From assembly GCA_045614785.1 (NCBI GenBank), contig JAZLDQ010000028.1, positions 83,898-147,897 on the forward strand: a stretch of DNA of 64,000 bases. Reading direction: 5' to 3'. The position numbers and the translations under genes were made by a program. Under the pieces are notes generated by a model, which was not told the DNA's origin, ran no database searches, and saw only the letters and a program-made list of their open reading frames with translations. How positions within the stretch are numbered: position 1 is the stretch's first letter; each line of letters opens with the position of its first letter. Below, in pieces: positions 19,242 to 30,192 of the stretch. This DNA is from Alloprevotella sp. (lineage in GTDB: Bacteria; Bacteroidota; Bacteroidia; Bacteroidales; Bacteroidaceae).

Positions 19242-21797
19242 TTATTTTTGTTTAGCTTGTAAGCCTGGGATAAACGAAAGGATGTAGGCAACAACGATGC
19301 ACACTGCCATACCGATGAATCCGTAGAGCAAGAAACTTGTTGGGGTGTAGGCATTCATCCAGAATACAACGGCTTCGCCAACAATAAAACCTGTCATGGC
19401 AGCTATGCCACCAACACGCTTACAGAAGATACCGATGAAGAAGAGACCACCCAAACCGCTTGACAACAAACCAAGAATGGTGTTGAAGTAATCGAGCAAT
19501 GAGAGGATTTCCCAAGTAGCCATGAGCAAAGCAATGCCAACACCAATCAAACCTGAAATCATACATGCCCAACGTGCAACGGAGAGCATCTTATGATCGC
19601 TTGCCGTGGGTACGAAACGCTTGTAGAAGTCAACGCTAAATGCGGTTGAAATAGAGTTGATGTTGGATGAAATGGTTGACATTGTAGCCGCAAAAATCGC
19701 CGCAATGAGCAAACCTGCAAGGCCGGCTGGCATTTGGCTTGTCATGAAGAAGGGGAAGATTGCGTCAGACTTTGCCATTGTGTAATCGAGCTCGGCAGGG
19801 TGAGTCTTGAAGAATGTGTAAAGACCAGTACCGATGAGGTAGAACGATATGCTGATAAATACCGACATCACACCATTGAGCATAATGCCACGTCCGGCTC
19901 CCTTTTCGTCCTTCGTTGTCATGTAGCGTTGGATAACGGTTTGGTCGGATGTGTAAGAGATAAGGTTGTTGGCCAAACCACCGAGGATGATTACCCAAAT
20001 GGTGGCGCTTGTGAAGTCGAACGTGTAGTCAAAGAGGCGGAACTTATCGTTTTCGATAGCCAAATCAATAAAGCCAGTAAAACCGCCTTCAGTGTTGAGC
20101 ATCAAGTAAACCGCCGCAAGAATTGCACCGCCAACAAGGATAATACCCTGAACCACGTCGCCCCAAACTACGGCTTCAACACCACCCATCGTACAATAAA
20201 TAATGGTGATAACCCCCATCAAAATAATGCACAAGTAGATGTCGATACCCGTAACGGCTGTTAAAGCCAACGAGGGGAGATAAAGCACCAAAGCCGTACG
20301 TGCCACCATGAAGATGATAAACAATGCACTTGCGGTGAAGCGTGTGGGCGCATTGAATCGCACTTCAAGGTATTCGTAAGCACTGGTCAAGTTGAGTTTG
20401 CGGAAGTATGGCAAGTAGTACTTAACAACGGGGAACGACACAATCAAGATCGTGATGAGCATGGGGTAGTAGGTCCAATCAGTTGCATAAGCCTTAGCTG
20501 GGATGGCCATGTAGGTGATGGCGCTAAGCATTGTGGCGTAGATTGAAATACCTGCCGCCCACCAAGGAATACGGCCACCTCCCTTGAAGAAGTCTTCCGA
20601 TGAACTTTCACGAAGCATGAAGAAATAGCCGAGTCCAAGCATGCCGACCAGGTAAATACCTAATACCAACCAGTTGAGCCAACCGAAGGCAACACGAGAA
20701 CCTAGTTTAACGGATGTCACCTCTGCTGAGCGAATACCAGGTTTTGATTCACCATTGATTACGATCCACTCGCCATTGTAGGGCACCACCGCTGCTCCTG
20801 CTCGTGCAAGGGCAGGATTCTTAGCTTCAGTTACCCACGCATCGGTGATGGTTTGGTAAATGAGCAATTCATCGTTGAATTGATACCACTCAACGGGGTG
20901 TGTGAGATAATCGGCTTCAGGACGATTGAGTGCATTGAGGAACACCTCTTTGTTAACACCACCAATGATTACGATGTGTGCTACACCCGAAGCTACGGCC
21001 GAAGCGCCTACAATTGCTCTTTGCGAATTGTCGATAATGGCTTGAGAGGTTGGAATCCACTCGTTTTTCTTTGTGTCGTAGAACAAACCATCTGAATGTA
21101 CGAAAGCTGTGTCTGACTCGGTGCGTGGTGCAAAACCTCCGAATACGTAGAAGTGCTTACCGATGGCTGCACTTTGAACCACTCCGGCGGGTTGCACTCT
21201 TGGGCGTCCGGGGAGCGATGGTAATGTTTCCCATTCTGTTCCACCTGGATAAGCCAAACGGTATGCCGCATTGTGTTCGCCACCTGCTACATAGATGTGT
21301 GTGCCGTCAAAACCTGCACCTGCACTATGAATTGCTTCGGGCAGTGAAGGGAGCGCAATGGTTGAGAGTTGTCCATTTTGCTTCGTAATGAGGGTTACGG
21401 TTGCTAGGGTGGGGTTGAGCGTGTCGGGTGTTTGTCCACCGATGCAAACAAGACCTTCGGGCACTTGAACACTCATGCCATAAGCCACTGGTGAAAGTGT
21501 GAGCGCTTCTTTCACCCAAGCGTCGTTAACAAGACGGTAAACATTGCCATAATACACCTTTTGGCCACCTTCTGCCGCTGGTGTGTTGGGGAAATTGCAT
21601 CCACCCGCAACAACTAATTCGCCATCAACAACGCCTGCAAAAGGTGCTGAAACACCTTGATTTTCACTTACATAAAGCTCTGGTAATTTATTGAACTTCA
21701 CCTCGTTAAACTTATTGTCGTTCTGTCCAAAAGCGCTAAGTGCAAAAACAACAATTAAGTTTACGAAGATAGATAGTCTTTTTAGAATCATACTCAT
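19242..21797 (-). CDS. Fusion of cyclically permuted sialic-acid mutarotase (NanM-like Kelch domain) and sodium:solute symporter (SiaT-like)
   Basis: Signal peptide; GVSAPFAG, AGGCNFP and GESKPGIRS propeller motifs; then SSS motifs FFKGGGRIPWW, SAYEYLE.RF, GGVEAVVWGDVVQ and DQTVIQRY. Confidence 0.9.
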   Translation of the reverse strand: MSMILKRLSIFVNLIVVFALSAFGQNDNKFNEVKFNKLPELYVSENQGVSAPFAGVVDGELVVAGGCNFPNTPAAEGGQKVYYGNVYRLVNDAWVKEALTLSPVAYGMSVQVPEGLVCIGGQTPDTLNPTLATVTLITKQNGQLSTIALPSLPEAIHSAGAGFDGTHIYVAGGEHNAAYRLAYPGGTEWETLPSLPGRPRVQPAGVVQSAAIGKHFYVFGGFAPRTESDTAFVHSDGLFYDTKKNEWIPTSQAIIDNSQRAIVGASAVASGVAHIVIIGGVNKEVFLNALNRPEADYLTHPVEWYQFNDELLIYQTITDAWVTEAKNPALARAGAAVVPYNGEWIVINGESKPGIRSAEVTSVKLGSRVAFGWLNWLVLGIYLVGMLGLGYFFMLRESSSEDFFKGGGRIPWWAAGISIYATMLSAITYMAIPAKAYATDWTYYPMLITILIVSFPVVKYYLPYFRKLNLTSAYEYLEVRFNAPTRFTASALFIIFMVARTALVLYLPSLALTAVTGIDIYLCIILMGVITIIYCTMGGVEAVVWGDVVQGIILVGGAILAAVYLMLNTEGGFTGFIDLAIENDKFRLFDYTFDFTSATIWVIILGGLANNLISYTSDQTVIQRYMTTKDEKGAGRGIMLNGVMSVFISISFYLIGTGLYTFFKTHPAELDYTMAKSDAIFPFFMTSQMPAGLAGLLIAAIFAATMSTISSNINSISTAFSVDFYKRFVPTASDHKMLSVARWACMISGLIGVGIALLMATWEILSLLDYFNTILGLLSSGLGGLFFIGIFCKRVGGIAAMTGFIVGEAVVFWMNAYTPTSFLLYGFIGMAVCIVVAYILSFIPGLQAKQK

Positions 21798-21819
21798 CTT
21801 CTTTGAGGGTGAATAGTAT

Positions 21820-22734
21820 TTACTTATTACAACGTTCAAAGAAGTTGATGGCTTCGAGTTCTTTCTTCATAGCCGCTTCTTCCTCGTCGGTCATGTTTTG
21901 GAAAGGTACACGATTAGGACCGAGGTCAAGGCCGATGAGCTTCATGATGCGCTTTCCTCCCACGATGTTGCCACGGAAATGGCAAATAACGTCAATCACA
22001 TCTTGTGAGAATTCTTGCAATTCGCGTGCTCGTTCAAGGTCGCCTTCTTGCCATGCGGTGATGATTTCTGAAAGGCACTTACCATTGTAGTTGGTTGTGC
22101 CACCAATACCGCCTTGTGCACCACCCATTGCTAAGCAAGGAAGGATGGTTTCGTCCTGACCATGGAGCATGTCGAACTTGCCATTAGCATAGCGGCGGCA
22201 ACGGTTGTATTCGTAAAGGCTTTCAAATGTGTATTTGATACCAGCGAAGTTAGGAATACGTCCGTCAACAGCTTTGAGGAAATCGAGCATAGAAAGGAAA
22301 GCACCATTAAATGCGGGGATGTGGTAGTAATAGAAAGGAAGATTGGGTGCGCCTGATGCAATTTCTTCGCAATACTTCACCAATTCTTCAATGCGTCCGA
22401 TTTTTGGGAATGGAGTAGCCATTGCACCAATACCCCATGCGCCAATCTTTTGAGCATGTGCGGCAAGGCGCTTGCTGCTCATTACGCATGTACTACCAAC
22501 GTGTACGATAACCTTGAAACCTTCGGGCACAGCCTTTACCCAAGCTTCAGCAAGTTGCATGCGTTCTTCTTCGGTGAGCATATAGCCTTCGCCAGATGAG
22601 CCGTTGATGAAGACACCCTTCATGCCGTTGCGAGCAAGTAATGCCGCATATGCAGGAATAGGTTCAAGGTTTACTGTTCCATCTTGATGGAAAGGAGTAA
22701 AGGGAGCGTCGATAAGACCGATGATTTTTTCCAT
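21820..22734 (-). CDS. nanA: N-acetylneuraminate lyase
   Basis: DHDPS-family NGSSGEG, YYYHIP and GIKYT motifs; leads the nan operon; start moved to 22734. Confidence 0.92.
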   Translation of the reverse strand: MEKIIGLIDAPFTPFHQDGTVNLEPIPAYAALLARNGMKGVFINGSSGEGYMLTEEERMQLAEAWVKAVPEGFKVIVHVGSTCVMSSKRLAAHAQKIGAWGIGAMATPFPKIGRIEELVKYCEEIASGAPNLPFYYYHIPAFNGAFLSMLDFLKAVDGRIPNFAGIKYTFESLYEYNRCRRYANGKFDMLHGQDETILPCLAMGGAQGGIGGTTNYNGKCLSEIITAWQEGDLERARELQEFSQDVIDVICHFRGNIVGGKRIMKLIGLDLGPNRVPFQNMTDEEEAAMKKELEAINFFERCNK

Positions 22735-22789
22735 AATTGTAAAAATATGTTTAGTTAGATTATTAAAGTTCAAGTAGGAGAGAGGCTTT

Positions 22790-23464
22790 TTAATATAGCG
22801 ACAAATTGAGCAATGTCATGGCTGCATACACTACGCTTACGGCTATGACAATGGAGCCGATTGTGCGGTTCAGACGGAGGATGCCACGTACACCGAAATT
22901 CTTCTTCATTGTTGTAATCAGATATGTAAGTGCTAACCACCATAACATGGCTCCAACGATGATAGAGAGAAAACCTATCGCCTGTCCCACGAAGTTAGAG
23001 GGAATGACGAATGTCAACATGTTGAACAGCGCAATAAAGAGGAAAATGATGAGCGGATTGCTAAATGTTAGTCCAAAGGCAGAGATGAAGTTGTAGAAGA
23101 GGGTGCCTTTGCGCTTCATGTGCGGACGAAGACATTTACGGGGGTCCTGTCGATACGTATGGAGCCCAAAAATGAGGAGCATCACACTTCCTATCAGCTT
23201 TAGCCAAAAGAGTGTCTGCCCTTGCTCAATAAAGTCGATAACGAACGACATGCCGAAACCTGTTATTAGCGCATACACAAAGTCGCTCAGAGCGGCTCCA
23301 GCACCTGTAACAAGTCCGTAGCTACGTCCTTTCTGCATTGTTCGCTGAATGCAGAGTATTCCAACAGGCCCCATTGGGGCAGATATAACAACGCCTACAA
23401 TCAGCCCTTTAAGGACCAACTGCAGTGTAGAGCTAAATTCTAACCAAAATTGTAAAGGATCCAT
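22790..23464 (-). CDS. LysE-family translocator
   Basis: SAPMGPVGILCIQRT and LTFSNP motifs; about six TMs. Confidence 0.9.
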   Translation of the reverse strand: MDPLQFWLEFSSTLQLVLKGLIVGVVISAPMGPVGILCIQRTMQKGRSYGLVTGAGAALSDFVYALITGFGMSFVIDFIEQGQTLFWLKLIGSVMLLIFGLHTYRQDPRKCLRPHMKRKGTLFYNFISAFGLTFSNPLIIFLFIALFNMLTFVIPSNFVGQAIGFLSIIVGAMLWWLALTYLITTMKKNFGVRGILRLNRTIGSIVIAVSVVYAAMTLLNLSLY

Positions 23465-23567
23465 AGTAAATGCAAATTTCGCACTTTTTTATAAATAAAA
23501 GCTAATGGAAAGCAAAAAATCTTCTATGACCTATATTGCTTAACTTCGGAAAAACATTGTTTTATCG

Positions 23568-24545
23568 TTAGTTCCTTTCTTTAAGTGCTTTGCTAAGTTG
23601 CCATGAATTGTAGAGGTTGTGCCAAATGCTATAAAAACCACCAACAGCTGCTACTTCTGGATGAAAGAATGTACATGTAAGCCAAATGAGTAGCACTGTG
23701 TTTTTTTGTCCTAAAGCTTGGCTTGCGCTTATGGGGTAAGAATGTGTTTTCCCAATCTTTTTGCCTATAGCAAATTGAAGAATACACATGCCTAATGTTA
23801 CCATCGCAATGATTAGCTGTAAAGTCCAGTCTGTGGAGCTGTGATAAAGGTTTTGAGCTGTGCAAGCAATAGCCATTGTAAGTGCTACGGCCCAAAGGTA
23901 AAATGCAATATGCTGACGCTCAGAGAGATATATTATAGCACAAGGTGAAAGTTTGCGTATGACTTGGCTTAAAACGAGTGGCACGAGCAGGAGGGGTGAT
24001 ACCTTCATGGCTACATGCACAAAAGATTCTGAAAAATTATGCGTCGTTTGCTCAAATATCATGCTCGATAGCAGCGGTACTAATGCTGCAGACAGGAGAG
24101 TTGAAAATACAGTATAGGCTGCTAAGCTTCCAGTGTTTTCACCCAGCTTTGTGGTGATTACGACGGCTGCTGTTGCCGTGGGGCAAACGGCGCAGAGTAA
24201 GATGGTCTCTAAGATGACTGAAAGTTCTTGATTTACATTAAATGCATGGAGCGCTAAGCATGCAAGCAGTGAGGTAATAATCTGAAAAGAAAGTCCCCAA
24301 AGATGCCATTTTTTTGGGCGGATTTCGCTCACTTTAAGTTTACAAAATGAGATAAATAGCATAGTGGCTATTAGAAGTGGCTGAATGAGCCCTATGCTAT
24401 CCGCAAGAATTGGTTTTACTGATGAAGGCAGTAATTCTTTTAATATGAAGTAGGAGAGCACTCCCGTTAGCATGGCAATGGGGAGTGCTAATGTTGTTTT
24501 TGACACAGAGTTACTAATTTCTAAGGTTATAAGGTTAAAGTACAA
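23568..24545 (-). CDS. Bile acid:sodium symporter-like membrane transporter
   Basis: LPIAML, CPTATAAVVITTKLG and QALGQKNT motifs; true start probably downstream of the ORF-track start, which lies in a repeat. Confidence 0.8.
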   Translation of the reverse strand: MYFNLITLEISNSVSKTTLALPIAMLTGVLSYFILKELLPSSVKPILADSIGLIQPLLIATMLFISFCKLKVSEIRPKKWHLWGLSFQIITSLLACLALHAFNVNQELSVILETILLCAVCPTATAAVVITTKLGENTGSLAAYTVFSTLLSAALVPLLSSMIFEQTTHNFSESFVHVAMKVSPLLLVPLVLSQVIRKLSPCAIIYLSERQHIAFYLWAVALTMAIACTAQNLYHSSTDWTLQLIIAMVTLGMCILQFAIGKKIGKTHSYPISASQALGQKNTVLLIWLTCTFFHPEVAAVGGFYSIWHNLYNSWQLSKALKERN

Positions 24546-24730
24546 CTTACAGAGTACAGCTGCTATGCAGCGTTAAGCAAGCGTTCGAGTCTAACCATCT
24601 TGTCTACTCGTCTACTTGTTAACTTGTTTACTAAGTGAGAGGTTTTAAGGTTATAAGGTTTGCCATTCGGTTTGGTAACTTTTTAGTGGAATAGCAATCT
24701 GAATAACCTCACAAGCTCATAACCTACCAG
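24522..24730. repeat. Composite REP-like intergenic element
   Basis: AGGTTATA octamers, ~67-bp core shared with 32728-32801, CTCGTCTA/CTTGTTAA octamers, and inverse TAACCTCA units. Confidence 0.75.
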
Positions 24731-24735
24731 AGTTA

Positions 24736-26760
24736 CTATTTTTTTTCTTCAAGTCTAAGCAGTTCGTCGCGCAAGGCTGCTGCTGTAATAAAATCAAAAT
24801 TGGCGGCAGCTTTCTTCATTGCTGTGCGCAACTCTTCGATGCGTGCCTCTTTGTTTTTTGGTGTGGCGGCAGACTTATAATTCGTAGTTGTTTCTGCAGC
24901 AACGTTTTGAGAATGAGTGGTTTTTGAGTTGGGCTGGTATGCTTCTTCTTTCTTAGTGTTGAGGCTTGAGAGTGCAGTCGTGTTAAAGTCCTTTATGATA
25001 GGTTGTGGTGTGATGCCGTGGGCTGCATTGTATGCTAGTTGCTTCATGCGTCTGCGTTCTGTTTCGTCGAGCGTTTGTTGCATGGCTTTTGTAATCTTGT
25101 CTGCATACATGATAACTCGGCCGTTAACATTTCGTGCTGCGCGGCCTGCCGTTTGAGTGAGGCTTCTTGTATCGCGTAGGAATCCTTCGATGTCGGCATC
25201 CATGATTGCAACGAGTGCTACTTCGGGCAAGTCGAGGCCCTCACGTAGCAGGTTGACGCCCGCAAGCACATCGTAAATGCCGCGTCTGAGGTCTTCCATT
25301 ATCTGTACGCGTTCGAGCGTATCGACATCGCTATGGATGTAGGCGGTGCTCACGCCACAATTGAGGAGGTGTTCGCTGAGGTCTTCTGCATTTCGCTTTG
25401 AAAGGGTGGTGACTAATACTCGCTCTCCCTTCTCTATGCATTGCTGAATTTCTTCCATCAAGTCGTCGACGGGCTGATCCTTTGGGCGAATTTCTATTGG
25501 TGGGTCGAGCAAGCCTGTGGGGCGAATCACTTGGTCGATTACTATGCCGTCGCACTTTTCTAGTTCATAATTGGCTGGCGTGGCGCTGATGTAAATCACT
25601 TGGTGGGTCATGGCCTCAAATTCCTCGAACTTTAACGGGCGATTGTCGAGAGCTGCAGGCAGTCGGAAACCATATTCCACCAGAGCCGTTTTGCGCGAGC
25701 GGTCGCCTCCATACATGGCTGAGATTTGAGGTACGCTGACGTGGCTTTCGTCTATGACGATGAGAAAATCTTTGGGAAAGAAGTCCAGCAAGCAATAGGG
25801 GCGAGTGCCTGGCTCGCGTCCGTCAAAATAGCGTGAATAGTTTTCGATGCCTCGGCAGTGGCCGAGCTCGCGAATCATTTCGATGTCGTAGCTTACGCGC
25901 TCTTCCAGTCGTTTTGCCTCCACTTCTTTTCCTTCATCGCGTAGTTCGGCGGCTCGAATCACGAGGTCGTCCTGAATAGCGCGAATGGCCATCTCCTGCG
26001 TTTCCTTTGATGTGAGGAAAAGGTTGGCGGGGTAAATCTTATAGGCCGTAAAAATGGCAATACGTTGACCTGTAGAAGCGCAAACTTCTTCAATGCTGTC
26101 TATCTCATTATCCCAAAACGTGACGCGGATGAGCTCATCTGCATAGGCGAGGAATATGTCAACCGTGTCTCCCTTTACTCTGAAGTTGCCTGCTGTCGGG
26201 TTGATGTCGTTTCTGCTATAGAGGGCATCGACGAGTTTTCTCAGCAACACCTCTAGAGCTAAAACTTTTCCGACTTCAAGCTCTATTACGTTTTCATAAA
26301 ATGCTGCGGGGTTGCCCATACCATAGATGCACGACACGGAGGATATGACCACCACATCCCCTCGCCCAGATAGGAGGGAGGAGGTGGCTGCTAATCGCAA
26401 CTTGTCGATGTCCTCGTTGATGGCAAGGTCCTTTTCGATGTAGGTGTCTGTGGCTGCTATGTAGGCTTCGGGTTGATAATAATCGTAGTAGCTGACGTAA
26501 TATTCAACTGCATTTTGCGGAAAAAAGCTCTTGAATTCGGAATATAGCTGGGCTGCTAACGTCTTATTATGGCTCAATACCAATACGGGCTTATTGACGT
26601 TGGCAATGACGTTGGCTATCGTAAACGTCTTTCCCGACCCTGTTACGCCTAACAAGGTTTGCGCCTTTTGCCCAGCTAGCACGCCTTCTGTGAGTTGGCG
26701 TATGGCTTCGGGTTGGTCGCCAGTGGGTTGGTATTGGGAGTAGAGCTTGAAGTTTTGCAT
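24736..26760 (-). CDS. uvrB: Excinuclease ABC subunit B
   Basis: PTGDQP, GVTGSGKT, YYDYYQPEAY, DESH and NLLREGLD motifs; C-terminal UVR domain. Confidence 0.97.
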   Translation of the reverse strand: MQNFKLYSQYQPTGDQPEAIRQLTEGVLAGQKAQTLLGVTGSGKTFTIANVIANVNKPVLVLSHNKTLAAQLYSEFKSFFPQNAVEYYVSYYDYYQPEAYIAATDTYIEKDLAINEDIDKLRLAATSSLLSGRGDVVVISSVSCIYGMGNPAAFYENVIELEVGKVLALEVLLRKLVDALYSRNDINPTAGNFRVKGDTVDIFLAYADELIRVTFWDNEIDSIEEVCASTGQRIAIFTAYKIYPANLFLTSKETQEMAIRAIQDDLVIRAAELRDEGKEVEAKRLEERVSYDIEMIRELGHCRGIENYSRYFDGREPGTRPYCLLDFFPKDFLIVIDESHVSVPQISAMYGGDRSRKTALVEYGFRLPAALDNRPLKFEEFEAMTHQVIYISATPANYELEKCDGIVIDQVIRPTGLLDPPIEIRPKDQPVDDLMEEIQQCIEKGERVLVTTLSKRNAEDLSEHLLNCGVSTAYIHSDVDTLERVQIMEDLRRGIYDVLAGVNLLREGLDLPEVALVAIMDADIEGFLRDTRSLTQTAGRAARNVNGRVIMYADKITKAMQQTLDETERRRMKQLAYNAAHGITPQPIIKDFNTTALSSLNTKKEEAYQPNSKTTHSQNVAAETTTNYKSAATPKNKEARIEELRTAMKKAAANFDFITAAALRDELLRLEEKK

Positions 26761-26946
26761 TATGGTGTGTATGGACAATGAATTTTTTGAACCTCTCGGA
26801 AGGAGGTAATCTTTGGACATATCTTTATTTGGGCGTCCTGAAAGATAGGGTGTTCAAAATTGCACAATTGCTATCAGCCCTACCTATAACAATAGACGAG
26901 CGGATGGTTGCTCACCTCGTCCACTCGCCTATCTTGCCAGAGTTGT

Positions 26947-29214
26947 TTATTCCTGGAATCTCTTTGCTGCACGGATTAAGTGGCGCAACATAGATGTGAA
27001 TTCTTGAAGTTCCTGCAATGTGTTAAGATAAAGCATTGCAATCTTGATGTTGGCATCTTCGTGCTGAATGTGGTGCTGCAACTTGTGGCGCATGGTCGAA
27101 ATCTGAGCCTTCAGCGCATTGCCGTCGACAACAGCCTCGTCGAAGCGTGAGAAGTCGCCCGAAACAATCATGCCCTGTACCTGGCGCACATAGCTCAACA
27201 CATTCTGCGTGAGCGGAAGGAGTTCCTCAGTGTATTGCTCGGGCATGGGGTTGAAGTTGTTGTCCACATGTTCGATGATCAACTCGAGCATACGCTTCAG
27301 GCCATAGAGCATCTGCGAAATGTTGTTGCAGCCGAGGTGGAACCATGTGTTCTTTTCTACCGCCATGAGGGGGTCAATCTTACGCATGCCGAGGATTTCC
27401 TTTCTGCGGTAGCGCTTCCATAGTGCACGTGTCTCTTCGAGCTGATGCTGAGCTTCGCGCAGACGCTTGATGTCGTCCTTAACGAGTCCATCCACGATGA
27501 GCGGAATCATATTGTGAGTGGTCGTAAGGATTTCGTTTTGCGTGTTTGTCACGTGCTGGCGGAGCAATCCCCAGCTCTGCGACTTGTCTGTGCAGCGCAC
27601 GAGCTGGCGGAACAGTGTATCGACATTTTCAGACTCCTGTTGCTTCTGCTTAAACTTTCGGTTGTTATTGATGAGCACAAAGGCAATGACACCCACGATG
27701 CACACCATAGCGATAAATCCACCGAAATAGTTGACGCTAGCAATTGCCATGCTCATCAGGAACGCTGCACCAGCGGTGATGAACCATCCGCCCACAACGG
27801 TGATAACGCCCGTGATGCGATAAACCGCCGTTTCGCGACCCCAAGCACGGTCGGCAAGGCTCGAACCCATTGCCACCATGAAGGCTACGTAAGTCGTAGA
27901 GAGAGGGAGCTGCAGCGACGTACCTATCACGATGAGCAAGCCTGCCAATACGAGGTTGACGCTCGCACGCACAAGGTCGAAAGCCATGCCCTCTTCGAGG
28001 ATAGCCTCCTCCGTGTTGAAGCGACTGTTGATCCATGCCGTAGTGCTCTTGGGCACGTATGAGCTGACCAGCGAAGTAGCGTTGAGCACACCGCGCACCG
28101 TCTTGCGTGCTAACTTTGAGCTTGAGAACACCTCTTCGCCATCGTCCTGGCGGCTCAGGTTATTGGTGTTTTCAATCACCTTGCGCGCCTTCTTCGATGT
28201 CATCACGGCGATGGTCATAATCACACCCGCAATGACCAGGAACCAAGGCTTAGCCTCTACGAAGAAGGGCTGAGTAGAGGGCACGGCCAGCGTGTCCATC
28301 GCAAACGTAGAAGCATCGGGACAGCCGCTGTCAAACCACACCAGCACCGACTCAAGCCCCGCCAAGGGCACACCAATAAAGTTCACCAAGTCGTTGCCCG
28401 CAAAGGCCATGGCAAGGGCAAAGGTGCCAAAGAGCACGATGAGCTTAAAGATGTTCACCTTGAGCAGGTGGAGAATCTCTACCAAGATGGTGAACACCAC
28501 CAGGCATGTCAGCAGGATGTAGAGCTTGTGTTCGTCCATGTAGGCGGGTGTCCATTCGGGGTTGATGGAGACGAGCAGCTTAGAGTTCTTCAGTCCGCTT
28601 ACGAGCAGGAAGTAGAAGATAGAAGTGATGCTCACGCCGCCAAACACAGCGATGCCATACTTCAGCTTCTTCTTATAATTAAACGTAAACACCACGCGCG
28701 AAATCCACATCACTATCAAACCAAATACGAAAGCTATCGCAACGCTCAAGAAGATGCTGATAATCACCGTCAGCGCCTTGTCCGTGTTGATAAGGTCGCC
28801 ATAGGCAGCGCCCTCGCCAATAATCTTTGTTAGCGCCAGCGCCGTTGTCGCACCGAAGAGCCCAAACACCATCGACACCGTGGTCGATGTAGGCAAGCCC
28901 AGCGTGTTGAAGATGTCCATGAGGATAACGTCCGTGGCCGACACCGCAAGGAATATGCACATCACCTCGTTCAGGTGGTAATGCTGAGGCTGCATGATGC
29001 CGTGGCGCGCAATGTCCATCATGCCGCTCGATGTCGTGGCACCTACGAAGATGCCCACGGCAGCTACGATGATAGCCGTTCTGAACTTTGCCACCTTAGC
29101 GCCCACGGCAGGACTCATAAAGTTTACGGCATCGTTGGCCACGCCTATCGAGAGGTCGAACGTGGCGAGCGTAAACAGGAATACCAGGATTCCGATGTAA
29201 AAGAATAATTCCAT
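26947..29214 (-). CDS. PiT-family inorganic phosphate transporter with C-terminal helical (PhoU-like) domain
   Basis: GVANDAVN, GLPTSTT, AFAGNDLVNFIG and LPLSTT motifs. Confidence 0.88.
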   Translation of the reverse strand: MELFFYIGILVFLFTLATFDLSIGVANDAVNFMSPAVGAKVAKFRTAIIVAAVGIFVGATTSSGMMDIARHGIMQPQHYHLNEVMCIFLAVSATDVILMDIFNTLGLPTSTTVSMVFGLFGATTALALTKIIGEGAAYGDLINTDKALTVIISIFLSVAIAFVFGLIVMWISRVVFTFNYKKKLKYGIAVFGGVSITSIFYFLLVSGLKNSKLLVSINPEWTPAYMDEHKLYILLTCLVVFTILVEILHLLKVNIFKLIVLFGTFALAMAFAGNDLVNFIGVPLAGLESVLVWFDSGCPDASTFAMDTLAVPSTQPFFVEAKPWFLVIAGVIMTIAVMTSKKARKVIENTNNLSRQDDGEEVFSSSKLARKTVRGVLNATSLVSSYVPKSTTAWINSRFNTEEAILEEGMAFDLVRASVNLVLAGLLIVIGTSLQLPLSTTYVAFMVAMGSSLADRAWGRETAVYRITGVITVVGGWFITAGAAFLMSMAIASVNYFGGFIAMVCIVGVIAFVLINNNRKFKQKQQESENVDTLFRQLVRCTDKSQSWGLLRQHVTNTQNEILTTTHNMIPLIVDGLVKDDIKRLREAQHQLEETRALWKRYRRKEILGMRKIDPLMAVEKNTWFHLGCNNISQMLYGLKRMLELIIEHVDNNFNPMPEQYTEELLPLTQNVLSYVRQVQGMIVSGDFSRFDEAVVDGNALKAQISTMRHKLQHHIQHEDANIKIAMLYLNTLQELQEFTSMLRHLIRAAKRFQE

Positions 29215-29727
29215 ATTCTATTTTAAGTTAGAGATATAAAGTGATTGAAACGTTCGCAATCGCAAAGATATACTATTTTTTTTAATAAATTAACATAATC
29301 TGCTTAAAAAAAGATGTGGGAAAAAGTAATGAACGAAGTGAGAGGGAGATAGGAAGGGGTTACAGACGGCAGAGTGCAGGGTACTATTGCTTATGTTGCT
29401 TATTCGGAATTACTAGGGGGATGTGGTTGAGAAGGTGCTGTATATCTCTCTGCGTTGGGTGATTTTAATTGCTGCGTAAGTAGGTTGGAAGGTGTTATGG
29501 TTGAGAGGTAGTAAGAGGTGGGATGGTTATATGGTGGTGAGGATGTGGGGTGGGAAGAGGGATGGAGAGGAGAAGGTTGTGGCGCGCGGGTTCTCATGTC
29601 GGATGTGGTTTAAATTAGGTAGGACTTCGTAGTTCCGATGTATTACATTGTTTTAAAGAGGTCGGAAGTCTTGCGGCGCGTATCGTTGTTGTTTGTCTTC
29701 CTCTCTCTTAGTTCTCCTTTCTGTTTG

Positions 29728-29780
29728 CAAAGATACAATGCTTTTTTTGCGGTGAGCGAGATAGTGAGAATTAGTGAGAA
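29728..29780 (-). promoter_or_regulatory. Leftward -7 promoter element with 10-bp-period direct repeats
   Basis: TATCTTTG (minus strand) at 29728-29735; TAGTGAGAA at 29762 and 29772. Confidence 0.55.
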
Positions 29781-29878
29781 ATAACGTGTAATTTTTTCTA
29801 AGATTTTATTTTTTTCAAAAGCATAGTGCATCTCCCAAAAGTGTGTGTGAAAGATGCATGCTGTTAAGAGAGAGTTTC

Positions 29879-30136
29879 GGGGGGGGCGTGACAGCGTGAC
29901 AGCGTGACAGCGTGACACGTGACAGGGGAGATTTATACCGACAACATTATATCTCTTAAAGAATATAGAATATAATAATATTATAATATTATTATAAAGT
30001 TATTAATTATTATAATATTTATAATATATACTGATTCTTAACTTTCATAATGTATGATAAAATACCCCCCTGTCACGCTGTCATGTCACGCTATCTGTCA
30101 CACGGCAGTCACGCAACTGTGATGCACCTCCCCCCT
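29879..30136. repeat. Origin-like dyad module A: (GCGTGACA)n / AT core / (TGTCACGC)n
   Basis: Five GTGACA units at 29888-29924; inverted TGTCAC-type units at 30071-30114; G-runs mirrored by C-runs; perfect A/T palindrome at 29971-29996. Confidence 0.85.
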
Positions 30137-30192
30137 AATCAATGCTTATTACAATCGTGTGACCGATAAAATGGTAGCCTTGTTGCAAGAAT

